A DNA stretch of 64,000 nucleotides, from NCBI RefSeq assembly GCF_009914755.1, contig NC_060926.1. One strand, 5' to 3'. Source of the DNA: the human T2T-CHM13v2.0 reference genome, Homo sapiens. Below are positions 28,261 through 47,528 of this stretch, one piece after another. The notes under the pieces were generated by a model. It ran no database searches. It was not told where the DNA came from and saw only the letters and a list, made by a program, of their open reading frames with translations. A program made the position numbers and the translations under genes. Each line of letters starts with the position of its first letter. The first letter of the stretch is position 1.

Positions 28261-29642
28261 TGACTTGTGACTTAAAATATATACCACCATTTAAAGCAGT
28301 TTCTCAATGAGGAGTCAAGAAATATCTTGGGAAGCTTTTTCAAATAACACGCAGTCCCTTTACCATCTGCCTAATTGAGGACCACTGGTATACTATGTTG
28401 GTATCTAGAGCTAAATAATAATGATCAAGTTGATGGCACCATGTGGCTTTAGTTACCGGCCATTGCTAACAGTTTTCTTTTTGCCAGCAGAGAATGTTAA
28501 TTTTGCTATGGATTTTAGCAAAACTACACTTGTGCACAATTGCTTTATTAGAGAAATGACAAGAGATAACCATATGCAGCTCTCAAATGACCCACATTAT
28601 AATGTCTAGTACATGGGCGAAAATTCTGTTTTCTTATTTATTATTCATTTATTCATCCATTCAATAAATATTTAAATGCATGCAAAAATGAGTTCATGAT
28701 TTCTTTTCTCTGAAGATATTTAAAACTTAGTATTGGGAGGGAGAAAAGCTAGCACTGGTATTCAGATGGCGAATGTTGCTGAGATGGGCTTAATGAAGCC
28801 TCTTAGGATCAGTTGGACTGCTAGCAAATGCTTCATTTCCTGTGGATTTCTCCCCTCACAAGCTGAGCAGAGCTTCAACAGTTCTCACAACAATTATCAC
28901 CCACTTGTCCTGTAGGTCTCAAGTTTTTTTGCATTCATCAGGTTGAAGGATTCATGGTATTAATCACAACTGAAGTTGTTATTTATCACCTGCTGGGTGA
29001 GAAATAATAATTTTGGCACGAGTGGGGCAGCAGGCCAGAGGTACCAAATTAAGTAAAACATCTAAACACTAGCAAGGATCATTTCTCTGATTAATGAATT
29101 GTTACAAAGAAAAAGTGCTACTCATTATCTGGTCTTACCAATACAAAGTGGGGCATGTAAGAAGAAAAGTCCCAGCTTGCTCAGGCCAATTTTTCTGTTT
29201 ATTTCATTCCTTTCTTTCTTTCTCTCTCTTTTTGAGACAAATCTGTGCACAGATTTGTGTTGCAGTCATGCTATTTTTTGTTTTGTTACCAAATAGAAAT
29301 GAAGAAATAACTTATGTTTTACATCAGAAAATATTTCTGGCTATTGAAACAATGTTTTTAGTGACTTCTAAGAATTTAAAGTAATTTTGAAATAGGACAG
29401 GTAGGTTACCTTTAATTTGTTGAATTACCTTCTCATATGTATATAAATTAAACTTTTTACTCTAAAGAGTCAATGTATTTTTCTTTTTCTACTTTGAATT
29501 GGATACTATTGCCAAAGGGCTTGTTTTAGAGAGGGTAAATTTTCATTTCTATTTTTTTTTGTTCTTTGGCAATTCTGAATAAGAAAAGCTCATTTTCACT
29601 CTGACACTTAGAGCAATTTTTGTCTTTCACAATGCTATCCAA

Positions 29643-30752
29643 GAACTTCTACTTCTAGTCATGATGGAGAGGAACAAGGACTGGATGTATCCTCCTGCCT
29701 TAAACAATTGTAGAAATCAGACCAAATATATAAAACAATGGTTTAAGACATGAAACAATAGTCAGTTTAGAACAGTGATGCCTGCATGAAAAGAAACAAA
29801 ATAAGCCATTCAATTACCCAGCTTCTGCTTAGAAGGCATTTCTAGGCTGCCTCACAGGAAAGAGGAGAACCCAAGCAGAGCCCAGCAGTCTCCCTGAGTT
29901 GAGAATACAAGAATTCCAGGCCAAGAAGGCCACAGTAGCTAGAATTCACAAAGCAGAGTACTGAAGAGAAGATAACTGCATATAGAGAGAGAACTCTGGA
30001 GATCTGTATAAGGTTCTAGTCTTCAACTGAGTATTGATCATCACATGCTTATGAAGAAACTTCACTAAGGCTGGGAAAGAACTATTGGAAAAGAGCAAGC
30101 CAAGCAAGCCTTAGAGTTCAGAGAAGGCTGAAAATAGTTTGTATTCTCCTTAGAGTGAGAAGACCATCTAATACATGTGGCATTGAAGTTCTCAGAACGG
30201 TATTCCTTCAGTATTGGGGCCCAATTAGACCTAGACTAATGGTTGTCTAGACCTACCTAACAAAGCTTAAAAGCAAGCATCAAAATCAACATGGTGAAAC
30301 CTTGTCTCTACTAAAAATACAAAAATTAGCCAGGCATGGTGGTGCATGCATGTAGTCCCACCTACTCTGGAGGATGAGACAGGAGAATTGCTTGAACCCA
30401 GGAGGGAGAAGTTGCAGTGAGCTAAGACGGCTGGTGCCACTGCACTCCAGCCTGGGCAACAGAGTGAGACTCTGTCTCAATCAATCAATCAATCAATAGA
30501 ATTAATTCCAAGACTGCATTCCAGAACAAGGCCTTAAAACAGTTAAGGAACACAAAAATCTCCAGCACCCATTAATGTAAAATTCACAATGTCTGCGACC
30601 CAAGATAACATTATCAGGTGTGCAAAAAGCAGGAAGAGAAAAATCAATCAGTAGAAATAGACCCAGAAATGACACAGATGACACAGATTAGTAGACAAAG
30701 ATGTTAAAACAGCTATTATATAACATACTTTTTATGTTCAAGAAGGTAGACA
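29643..30752 (+). mobile_element. L1MC/ME-type 5' region
   Basis: acttctagtcatgatggag..., aatgtaaaattcacaatgtctg, atcaatcagtagaaatagacccagaaatgacacagatg. Confidence 0.7.
30286..30497 (+). mobile_element. 5'-truncated Alu with a (TCAA)n tail
   Basis: Starts caacatggtgaaacc and ends gagactctgtctc followed by (aatc)n. Confidence 0.93.
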
Positions 30753-31974
30753 AGGGAATGCTATCTAAAGAGTTATTCTAGGTATATTGATATTACTAGA
30801 ACTTTGAAAGTGTGCTAACGACTGAATAAATGCAAACAAGCCAGGATTAGTATGATTAACTTTTCAGAAGATGCATTTCAGTAAGTATACAAAGGCTTGG
30901 GAAAAAATTTGTGATTGTATTTTCAAAAAATAGGAAAAGGGAATTATCCTGAATTAAAAATGCTAAATATATTTATGCTATGCTAGAAATTATCTTAAGG
31001 TGATTTATATTTATGTATGTATATGTATAAAGGAAAAAACAAAGCATAGGTCTATATTCTTTTCATTTAGTATGCTGTCAAATCTTCATAATATCTTTAA
31101 TAATTACTATTGATTAATAAGACATTTCTGTTTCAAGTGGTTTTCTAATAGGAGTTAGTGAGCATCATTTCTGTATACACCTAATCAGAAAATAATGTGC
31201 CAAATGAAAACTTGAGTTCTACAATAGTCCAAGAGAAAAAGTTACTTTAAACTCGTCCTTTGACAAATAATATATAGCATTTAAAGTGAGTTAAAAATTT
31301 GTTAAATAATACATATCAAATTATATTAAGAGCACCCAATTGAGGGTAGTCAGGATATTTGTATATGGTCTTCTATTATAAGGCCAGAATGAAAATTTCA
31401 AATATAAAAGCCATCCACTAACAAAACTCAATCAAAATGAATTCATTGCAAACAAATATTTACTGAATATCTTTTATACTGCATTTGTTAGATTCTGAAA
31501 GGCATGCAAAAATAGATAAAGCCTCTACTCTCAAGAAGTCACAATATATAATGGGTAGATAGCAAAAAATGTGTAAATATTTCAATAAGAATGCAATAAA
31601 ACAATTTAAGAAGGAACATAGGCCATATAACAAATGATGCTGAGTTTAAACATGTGAAAAATTACTGACATTTAATGAAATGGTTGTAGAAATCTTCATG
31701 GAGAAGGTAAACAATTGCATTTAAAAGGTAGATAGGTAGACTGAACAGGGAAAGGTTTTTAGAGGTCACTCTATGAGTTAAAATTGCCTAGCAAGTTAAT
31801 GGACAGTAGGTAAATCAATGTGATTTGATCAGAAGGTTTCTATAGAATGGCCATGAAAGATAAAGTTTTAAATACAAATTTGAACTATATTACAAAGGGT
31901 TTTGAGGGCTCATCAGTAATTTGGACATTTAGGCAACATGCAGTTATCATAGATGGACTGTTGCAACAAAAACT

Positions 31975-32160
31975 GCTCTGGACTTGGACTCCTGACTGCA
32001 GTTTGTGTCTGTGTACGTGGTCTCAGGCAAGTCAGCTCCTCTCCAAATCTGAGCTTCCTCATTTACAAAATGGAAATGTTAGTATCTGTTCTGCCCACCT
32101 CACATGCTTGCTCTGAAGATCAAACAAGTTAATTAATGTGAAAGTGCTTTGCAGATTATG
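31975..32160 (+). mobile_element. MIR
   Basis: ggcaagtca...cttcctcatttacaaaatgg...cctcaca...gaagatcaaa...tgtgaaagtgcttt. Confidence 0.7.
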
Positions 32161-32329
32161 AAGCATTCCAAAAACCCAATGTGTTATTTTCACTGGAGAG
32201 AAGAGTATGATATGATTAAATTGGCTGTTGAGCAATTGATCAGGAAGTGATGTGTAGTATGCCTCCTGTAGCTAGGAGTAAAAAATGGAAGGTCATTTCA
32301 TTAATTTAAGTTTATGTAATGAGTATCTG

Positions 32330-32565
32330 GATTAGGGAGGTCACAAAGAGGAAATAGAGGGGCAGATCTGAGAAAAATTTGTAAGGAAAAGCTAACGAGT
32401 GAGAGCAGATTGGGTGTGGTGAATGAAAAGGTAGGGTCCAAGATCTTGAGCCTCAACAGCTGAAAGGTATAGTTGGAAGAAAAGGAAATTGATGAGGGGT
32501 TGACAGTGTGGAGGCCAGTTTTGGACATATTGAGTTGGACATCCAAATGGAAGTGTCCATTAGAC
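32330..32565 (-). mobile_element. L2 fragment, host of MER1A
   Basis: agttttggacatattgagttggacatccaaatggaagtgtc. Confidence 0.6.
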
Positions 32566-33093
32566 CAGGGGTCCCCAACGGACCCAGTACTGGTCTGTGG
32601 CCTATTAGGAACCAGGCCACACAGCAGGAGGTTAGCAGCAGACAAGTGATTGAAGCTTCATTTGTATTTACAGCCACTCCCCATTGCTTGTATTACCATC
32701 TGATCTCCACCTCCTGTCAGATCAGCAGTGGCATTAGATTCTCATAGGAGCATGAACCCTATTGTGAACTGCACATGTGAGGAATCTAGGCTATGTGCTT
32801 CTTATGGAAATCTAATGCCTGATGATCTGTCAGTGTCTCCCATCACTCCCAGAAGGGACCATCTAGATGTAGGAAAACAAGCTCAGGGCTCCTACTGATT
32901 CTACATTATGGTAAGCTGTATAATTATTTCATAATATCTTTAATGTAATAATAATAGAAATAAAGTGCAAAATAAATGTAATGCACTTGAATCATCCCAA
33001 ACCATCCCTCCCTAACCACCCCTGCATCCCCCCTATGGAAAAATTGTCTTCCATGAAACCAGTCCCTGGTGCCAAAAAGGTTGGGGACCTCAG
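32566..33093. mobile_element. MER1A hAT-Charlie element (~530 bp)
   Basis: TIRs caggggtccccaac and ggttggggacc; TSD cattagac/ccgtagac. Confidence 0.9.
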
Positions 33094-34179
33094 CCGTAGA
33101 CAGTTTTAAAAGGCATGAATTTTCACAATCTAATTTAACAAATCTCCCAAATAATCTTCTGTGATATAAGAGAGATCTTTAATAACCATGTTTTTGTATT
33201 TTTAGGGTATAAGAGAACAAAAAGCCTGGGAACTGGGGAGGGATAAACTGAGTGAAATTTAGCTCTGCCAACCTTGACAGTGCTCATTTAAAAACATGTA
33301 AATTAAACTTGTCAGGATAAGCTCCTATGGGGCTGCTGGCCACATCTTAGAAACTCTCCAACTATAAATTCACAAAATCCATCATGTTTGTTTTTCTGTA
33401 ATTTTATTATTAACATATGCATATTTCCATTTTCTTTCCTCTTTTTATTAATAGAATTACAGGTAATCAGAAGTGGTGAATATTTATGGAAATTCTGTTA
33501 ACTACCTGTTATTTTCAGTTGAGGGTATTCAATTTCTGGAAATCATATTGAGACACTACCAAGATGGGCTTGATAGGTTCAGTTTTGCTTATTCCCATAA
33601 GCATTAACTGGGCCTAAGTGGAACATATTTTCATTTTGGTAAGTTCATACACTTTTGTTTTATAAAGTAATTTTGAGGAATTATTCAAAATTCACACATT
33701 GCTTTTTATTCAAAATAGGTAACTTTGGTCAGATTTTCATAGTCCATGTTTGGTGGAGGTTTTGTTTCTGTCTGAAGATGGCAAATGGTAGAGGACAAGA
33801 ACTCAACATCACATGTCTTCTTTGAGGCCTCCAACCCACTCATAGTTTAAAAAGGGAGGTTGGGGAGATATTTTTATGTCCATGTGAATTTTATAGGAAA
33901 ACAAACCCATATGTTTCTGATGAATTTACACTTAACTCATCAAAATGTGGGGTTTTATAAAAGCTATTTGATGTCTAAAAATATCCCTTTGGGACAATCT
34001 TTAAACGTAGTTATCCTCCTCTATTGCTCCCTCTCCTTTAATAATAAGAGTGCATTATAATGCACTCTGCTTGAACCAAATGTCTAGATTTTGGAGAGAT
34101 CTTAAAAACAAACAAACAAAAAAATGCTATCTCAGTAGTTTAGAAATGATGTTTTAGGATCTCCCTCTTCTCTGCTATG

Positions 34180-34232
34180 AGTGTGTATGCATGTGTGTGC
34201 ACGCATGTGTGCATATATATATATATATATAT
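34180..34232. repeat. Alternating purine-pyrimidine (TG/CA/TA)n tract
   Basis: gtgtgtatgcatgtgtgtgcacgcatgtgtgcatatatatatatatatatat. Confidence 0.9.
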
Positions 34233-36349
34233 GAAAAATCCAATTTAAGTGTTCCTAAAACTTCAGATCTAGAGAAGAACTGCCTTGTAATGTCATTTTG
34301 CAGGGATGACAGTTCCCTGGTCTGTATTAATGGCAAATCCCTAAAACTAATTACACCTAGTTGCAGGTGTAACCTTTTCTGTTTACAACTGGTGACGACA
34401 AATATGCCTTACACTACATTCTCTTCCAAAGGAACAAAACGGCGGTCATTTCTAAGGCATTTGGCACAGCAGTCAACCAGGGACAGCAAGGGTGCCCTTT
34501 GCTTTCCCCTTTATCAAAATATATTCATTCCAGTTTTCAAATTGCTGTTTTTGAGTCCTAAATCTCTACCCACACTAATTTCTGTGGGTCAGACTTTGAC
34601 CCTGATTGGAACAAAATCTGGAGTCAGATATTCACACCGGAACGCCTCAACCTCCCTGCGTGTCAGAAGCCATATCGCTGCAAATGCTTCACACACCTTG
34701 GAGTGCGGCTTGTGGAACTGATGAGGTGAGAGCGCAGCACAGTGGCGCGGGCCTGGTAATCACGGGACTGAGGAAACACATACATCATCTGCCACACAGG
34801 TTGGCATTTCAAGTAAAAAACCTTCACACCGTGTAAGATGTTGGACAAATGATGGCCATATGCATGTTTGTCTGGGTGCAGATGGCTCTGCGTTCTCAGA
34901 GAGGAGAAAGCTGAGCTTGGCTCTTTTTGCAGACAGTTTAATATTAGTGACATAGTTTATGTCCTCTGCAAAAACAATAATGGAGGAGAAGGTGACATAA
35001 ATTATTTGCAAATCGTTTGACATATGCAGGGCATTGTCCTTGCAATAATCACCATCAGTCTGTCAGTTTAAGATATGAACCGTGCCACTGCCATTCTATA
35101 TCACTGTGTTAAGCTTTCACATGTTGTAATTTTACAGATTTGTTCACTGGAGAACTGCTGCAACACAAATCAAATTGGATTATGTTTAGTCATATACTCT
35201 ATCATGCACATTGCTTAGATAAAAATAAAAAAGTACATTCCATGGGGTGGAAGATCTTGAGGCAGTCTTCCATTTCATATCTTTGTGAGGTGGTAGTTAA
35301 ACAAACCACCCCATCTATACCATCACTCAACTTTAGTTCACTTTTCGAGTTAGTGAGGTCATTTCTGAGACTCTTAACTTTGCTTTCTCGTTATAAAGCC
35401 ATATAGAATGTGTATAAGATGAAAATGATCTATGATAAAGATTTTTCTTAAGTATATTTTCTAATAAATTTAAGAAGTTAATGTGCAATGTTCAATGATA
35501 TCTTATAGACACTTTTAAAATTTATATATGGTATTATTGGATTTCTTTCTCAATTCCCCCAGAAAATGACTGTAAATGGCGATTGAATAGCAGACGGTGT
35601 TGTCCCGTGTTTCTAGTGTATGAACTTAATGCCATATGGCATATTTTACTTATCGAGCTCTTGATGCCAATTGATGTTGAAAGCTGTGTTTTACGGTTTA
35701 ACCATACATAGCAAATGCTGTAAATGCTTCTGAGTCATTGCTGTATCGCATATATTTGGACCAATTGATAAATGGACTTTAGAGACAGTTTCTCTATTTC
35801 CCAGAGTTTCTAAGGAAACTATGAATTCTAAAACAGGGCATTTAGAAATTGAGTACAAAAATTTCAAAAGAGAAATATGATCTGTTTTCATTTGGAAAAG
35901 TTACTTCCATTCAGTCCTATCAACAGAGCTGCATCTGCCTTCTGCCATTATGTAGTCCTTAAAACAAAGATTTATTACATTTCCATCTTTGAAATAACAT
36001 CTTTTCTCACTGAAGGTGGCCATTATCACAATGCAATTTTATATCTATAATGATAAGTGCAGTGAGGCAAGCATTTACAAATAGCTGTTTTAATCTATCT
36101 TAAATGATGCACTTAAATGGTACATCAGAGATTTGACATTAGGTGCAGATGATTTCAGAAAATCCTTATAGTAGCATTAAATACATATATTCTTTATTTA
36201 GCACCGAAGAATAAGTTAAATAATTAAAAAGTTAAATTTGATGAAGATGCTGATAAAATCAAATATTGTATTTATAGGACTAAAGTGTAAAGATGGCAAT
36301 AATTTTTTTACTGTGTTCCAACAAACTTAACTAGTCATTTTATTTTGGG

Positions 36350-36680
36350 AGTTGTTGCCTACATGCCGATATGAGCTCATACCTCTATGTCTAACCTCCT
36401 ATGGAATCTATTTAACTGGATGTCTCAGAGGTACCTCAGATTCTACCAGTCTTTTCTAAACTACTGCTCCTCAAGTACTTTCCCCAACTCTGTTAAAACC
36501 ACCATCTAATCAGTTGCTCCTTTGTCTATATTCCCCTACAACTTTCATGCTAATTTCTGTTATAAAAAACTTGCATATATTATAGTTAATTGTTTTAATT
36601 ATCTCTGCAATGAAACTGTTGAGTCTTTGAGACTCTGTAGGCACACAGATGCTCAGTAAATTTCTGGTGAATTAAATTGA
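36350..36680 (+). mobile_element. L2 fragments
   Basis: actggatgtctcagaggtacctcaga; 3' end ggcacacagatgctcagtaaatttctggtgaattaaa. Confidence 0.55.
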
Positions 36681-37307
36681 AGCATCTTTGGTTCTCTTTT
36701 CCTCTTCATCCGCATCTCATCATGTACTGTCAGTTGTTCTCATGAGTCATCTCTAGAATTCATCTCCTCATCTTCATTCTGTTGCTGTTTCCCTAGTTTC
36801 AGACCATCAACATTCTTCTCTTATATTTTGCTTATTGTTCCCTCTAGACTGAGGTCTCCTGTTTCTGCCCTCTGCTTTAGCTGGGTGCATGTTTCCTCAT
36901 GGCCCATGAGCTGCTTTCTTCTTCCTGCTCCAGGGAACTCCTGGTCTTCTTATATTCCTATTATTTATTTATTCATTTATTTCTTACCAAACAGGACTTA
37001 TCAAATATTATCTTATTGCTAACCTCAGTAGGGCTTTTGTTTTTTGCATAGATGGAGTTTTTGAATGTAGTTATTTTCATTGAGTTGTGGCTTTCGCCAA
37101 CTCTGATCTCTCTTATACATGCATCTACTTTTAGCTCACATGTCTACATCTAGACTTCTTTAGTTTTCTTTCAACTATTTACATACGGCACTTTAAAAAC
37201 CTTTTTATTATGAAAATTTTTAAATATACAAAAATCTAGAGAGAATAGTATAATGAACTCCCCTGTATCCATTGCCCAGCTTCAACAATAATGACCTCAC
37301 AGACAAT

Positions 37308-37606
37308 CTTTTTTTTTTTTTTTTTTTTTTCAGACAGAATCTCACTCTGTCACCCAGGCTACAGGGCAGTGGCATGATCATATTTCACTGCAACCTTGAA
37401 CTCCTGGACTCAAGGGATCCTCTTGCCTCAGCCTTCTGAGTAGCTGGGACTATGGGCACACACCACCATGCCTGGCTAATTTTTTTTTTAGTAGAGACAG
37501 GGTCTCACTTTGTTGCCCAGGCTGGTCTCGAATTCCTGGGCTCAGAGTGATCCTTCCACCTCAGTCTCCTAAAGTGCTGGGATTACAGGCATGAGCCACT
37601 ACAGCT
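37308..37606 (-). mobile_element. Alu (AluJ-like)
   Basis: Poly-T and dimer with gcaaccttgaactcctggactcaag. Confidence 0.94.
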
Positions 37607-37637
37607 TGCTTGCTTTCTTCTTTCTTTCTTTTCTTTT

Positions 37638-37697
<60 letters not shown>

Positions 37698-37729
37698 TCC
37701 TTCCTTCCTTCCTTCCTTCTTTCCTTCCT

Positions 37730-37799
<70 letters not shown>

Positions 37800-37882
37800 T
37801 TCCTTCCTTCCTTCCTTCCTTCCTTCCTTCCTTCCTTCCTTCCTTTCTCTCTCTTTCTTTTTTTTTTTCTTTTTCTTTTTTT
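37607..37882. repeat. Compound (CTTT)n/(CCTT)n polypyrimidine microsatellite
   Basis: About 270 nt almost free of purines on the + strand. Confidence 0.98.
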
Positions 37883-38082
37883 CCCCACCTCTTGGAATTT
37901 AGTTGTTGAAAAAAATAGTTGTGTTTCCTATTTCCTTTTCTGTAGTCTGGATTTGCTGATCATGTCTTCTTTCCCTTTATTCACCAGCTTTCAAATTAAT
38001 GGTTACCTAACATCTTCAAAGATCACTAATGAGTGTCTTTTTTCTTAGTATCATTATGAATGCATGAACTTTAAAAAAATTG

Positions 38083-38631
38083 AGAAAAGAAATCAGGATA
38101 TTGAAGAGATCTCTCCCATGTTTATTGCAGCACTATTCCCAGTATCCAAGATTTGGAAGCAACCTACTTGTCCATCATCAGATGAATGGATGAAGACAAT
38201 GTGGCACATATATACAATGGAGTACTATTCAGCCATAGAAAGAATGAGATTCTGTTATTCTGTCATTTGCAACAACATGGATGGAACTGGAGGACATTAA
38301 GTGAAATAAGCTAGGCACAGAAAGACAAACTTCTTATGTTCTCAAACATTTGTGGGAGCTAAAAATTAAAATAATTGAACTCATAGAGATAGAGAGTAGA
38401 GGGATGGTTACCAGAGGCTGGGAAGTGTAGTGGCAGGGGATGGGGGATGCACCGGGGAGAGTGAGGATGGTTAATGGGCAAGAAAATGTAGTTACAGTAT
38501 TTGATGGCACAACAGGGTGATTACAGTCAATGATAATTTATTGTACATTTTAAAATAACTAAAATGGTATTAATATACTGGAAATGTTTGTAATGCAAAG
38601 AAGTTATAAATGCTTGAGGTGATGGATACCT
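38083..38631 (+). mobile_element. L1MA-type 3' region
   Basis: cccatgtttattgcagcactattc...cagatgaatggat...tactattcagccat...ggatggaactggaggacatta...aatgcttgaggtgatggatacc. Confidence 0.9.
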
Positions 38632-38899
38632 CTCAAAATTTTTCAGTTATGTAATAAAGATTAAATCTACATTCAGATGTTGGTTTGAAGATCATTAATA
38701 GAAAAGCATTGAAAATTTTAACATGTAAGTGAATTAATCACATTCAAATCTAGCATCTTCATTTTCCCTTTATTTTACTTACATTGTATAAAATAGAGTT
38801 GTATATATAATATATACATGACATGTTTTACATATATACATACATATACTACATGTTTATGTTAAAAATGTTCTGATGACAAAAAAATTGTCAGTGTAA

Positions 38900-45565
<6,666 letters not shown>

Positions 45566-46059
45566 TCCAGAAAGGAGTGGAGGATGAGTGGGAGGTACTT
45601 ATTATTCAGAGGGTAAAAAGTCTATAGAGAAAGTTCCATTTCAGGAGCATTTTGAAGATTAAGTTTTCTGAAGCAGGTGTGGCAGGGAGGAGTAATTGGG
45701 ATAAAGTCATTTGGGAAGTTGGAATCAGACAGAGACATTGATGTTTTAGGAAACTACTTAGAAAAAACATAGAGAACAGAAATCCAAAAATAACAATGAA
45801 AGAAATAATAATATATCTTATTCTTTTTGTGTTAACCTGATTTTATGTGCCCCATTGCAATTTTTAGAGTTGATTTTTCCTAACTTTGGCATTTCTCATC
45901 ACATAAAAGGATAGGATTGTCTGATGCCCTTTCATATAGGAAAAGGCCCACCTGATCCAGTCTTAGTCAGATATGTGCACTGGACTGAGTAGACACTAGC
46001 AGTGATGGCCTGCTGTAAGCCACCTGCCTTTGGTGTAGTGGGTGGGGCAGGGGATGGAG

Positions 46060-46230
46060 ATGGGTAACAATGCCTTAGCCAAAGCTCAGCCTTTGAAATT
46101 AATCAGATCTGGGCTCAAATCTCAGCACCACTACTTCCTAGTCATATGACTTGGGGAAGTCAGTTTCCTCATTTGTAAAAAGAACATACTAATGTTTATC
46201 TCAGAGATGCTGAGCTGGTTAAGTGTAACA
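46060..46230 (+). mobile_element. MIR
   Basis: ctgggctcaaatctcagcaccactacttcctagtcatatgacttggggaagtcagtttcctcatttgtaaaa. Confidence 0.7.
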
Positions 46231-46243
46231 AAAACAGTAGTAG

Positions 46244-46594
<351 letters not shown>

Positions 46595-47528
46595 TGATTT
46601 CTAGATAATTAGGGGGAGACTAAAAGTTAAATCTCAATTTTATTTTGAAATCAGTTTCTGATTTCCTGATGCATAATGGGAAACAATAGGATTCAAGGTA
46701 TACTAAAACCCCTCAGAATGTCCAAGAATTACAGTAGATAGCCAAATAATTTCCTTAGCTGCAAATATATTCCATGATCTGGAAATGAATTATACATGAT
46801 AATTTTTGATTAATTCCTCTTGGCATTTTTACTATAAATTAATTTCTTAATTTAAACAAATGCTTAATCAGAGGTGTTCTGTGCTCTTCACAGGTACTGA
46901 GATATAAAAAGATATATACATATTCTGCATTCCCCCAATTGTTTATAATTTTATTATTTTAATTGATGGCTTTAAAAAATAATTTGTTCAGATCAGTGCA
47001 ATATTCTGTGCCTTTCTGAGATTTACTCTATTGTAAGGAGTAAAACCCTCAAACATACATGTAAACAGAAACGCTTAACACCAAACACCACACAGCAAAT
47101 AAACCCACTCAAAATTTTCCATCTCTAAGTATAAGCGCCTTATTGACAATCTCTTCTTTCCCTATGTTAAATATAAGTGAGGTGTGTACTTAGCCCCTTG
47201 TCATTGTAGTCTTGTTAGAAATGCATCTAGACTCCCATAGAGGTGACTTTCTTCCTGTTTCACACAAGTTACTATAAAATGTGAACTATCATGGTTTTGC
47301 ATTATATTGACTCAAGGGTATTTAACAAAAATAAAAGCATCAACTCACATGCATGTCTTTCTACTTTAGGCAAGGGCAAGATTATCATTGTGCTTTTCCC
47401 ACTGTATCAGATCTACTGCTCTCTGCCTAAGCACTAATGGTCTCAGTGACATTGAACAGATGAATTATTTCAAATTTAGTTTCTCATCTGTAGATTCAAT
47501 TGTGGTGTCCTCTTATGATGTGAGCTGG

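Noticed and set aside
34191-34721. 176-aa ORF in the repeat-free island
   Set aside because: Starts within a (TG)/(TA) microsatellite, resembles no protein family I recognise, and has overlapping ORFs on both strands, as expected in non-coding DNA. A positive PhyloCSF or Ribo-seq signal would overturn this.
37583-37909. Lys/Glu/Arg-rich and Phe/Leu/Ser-rich ORFs
   Set aside because: Translations of the (CTTT)/(CCTT) microsatellite.
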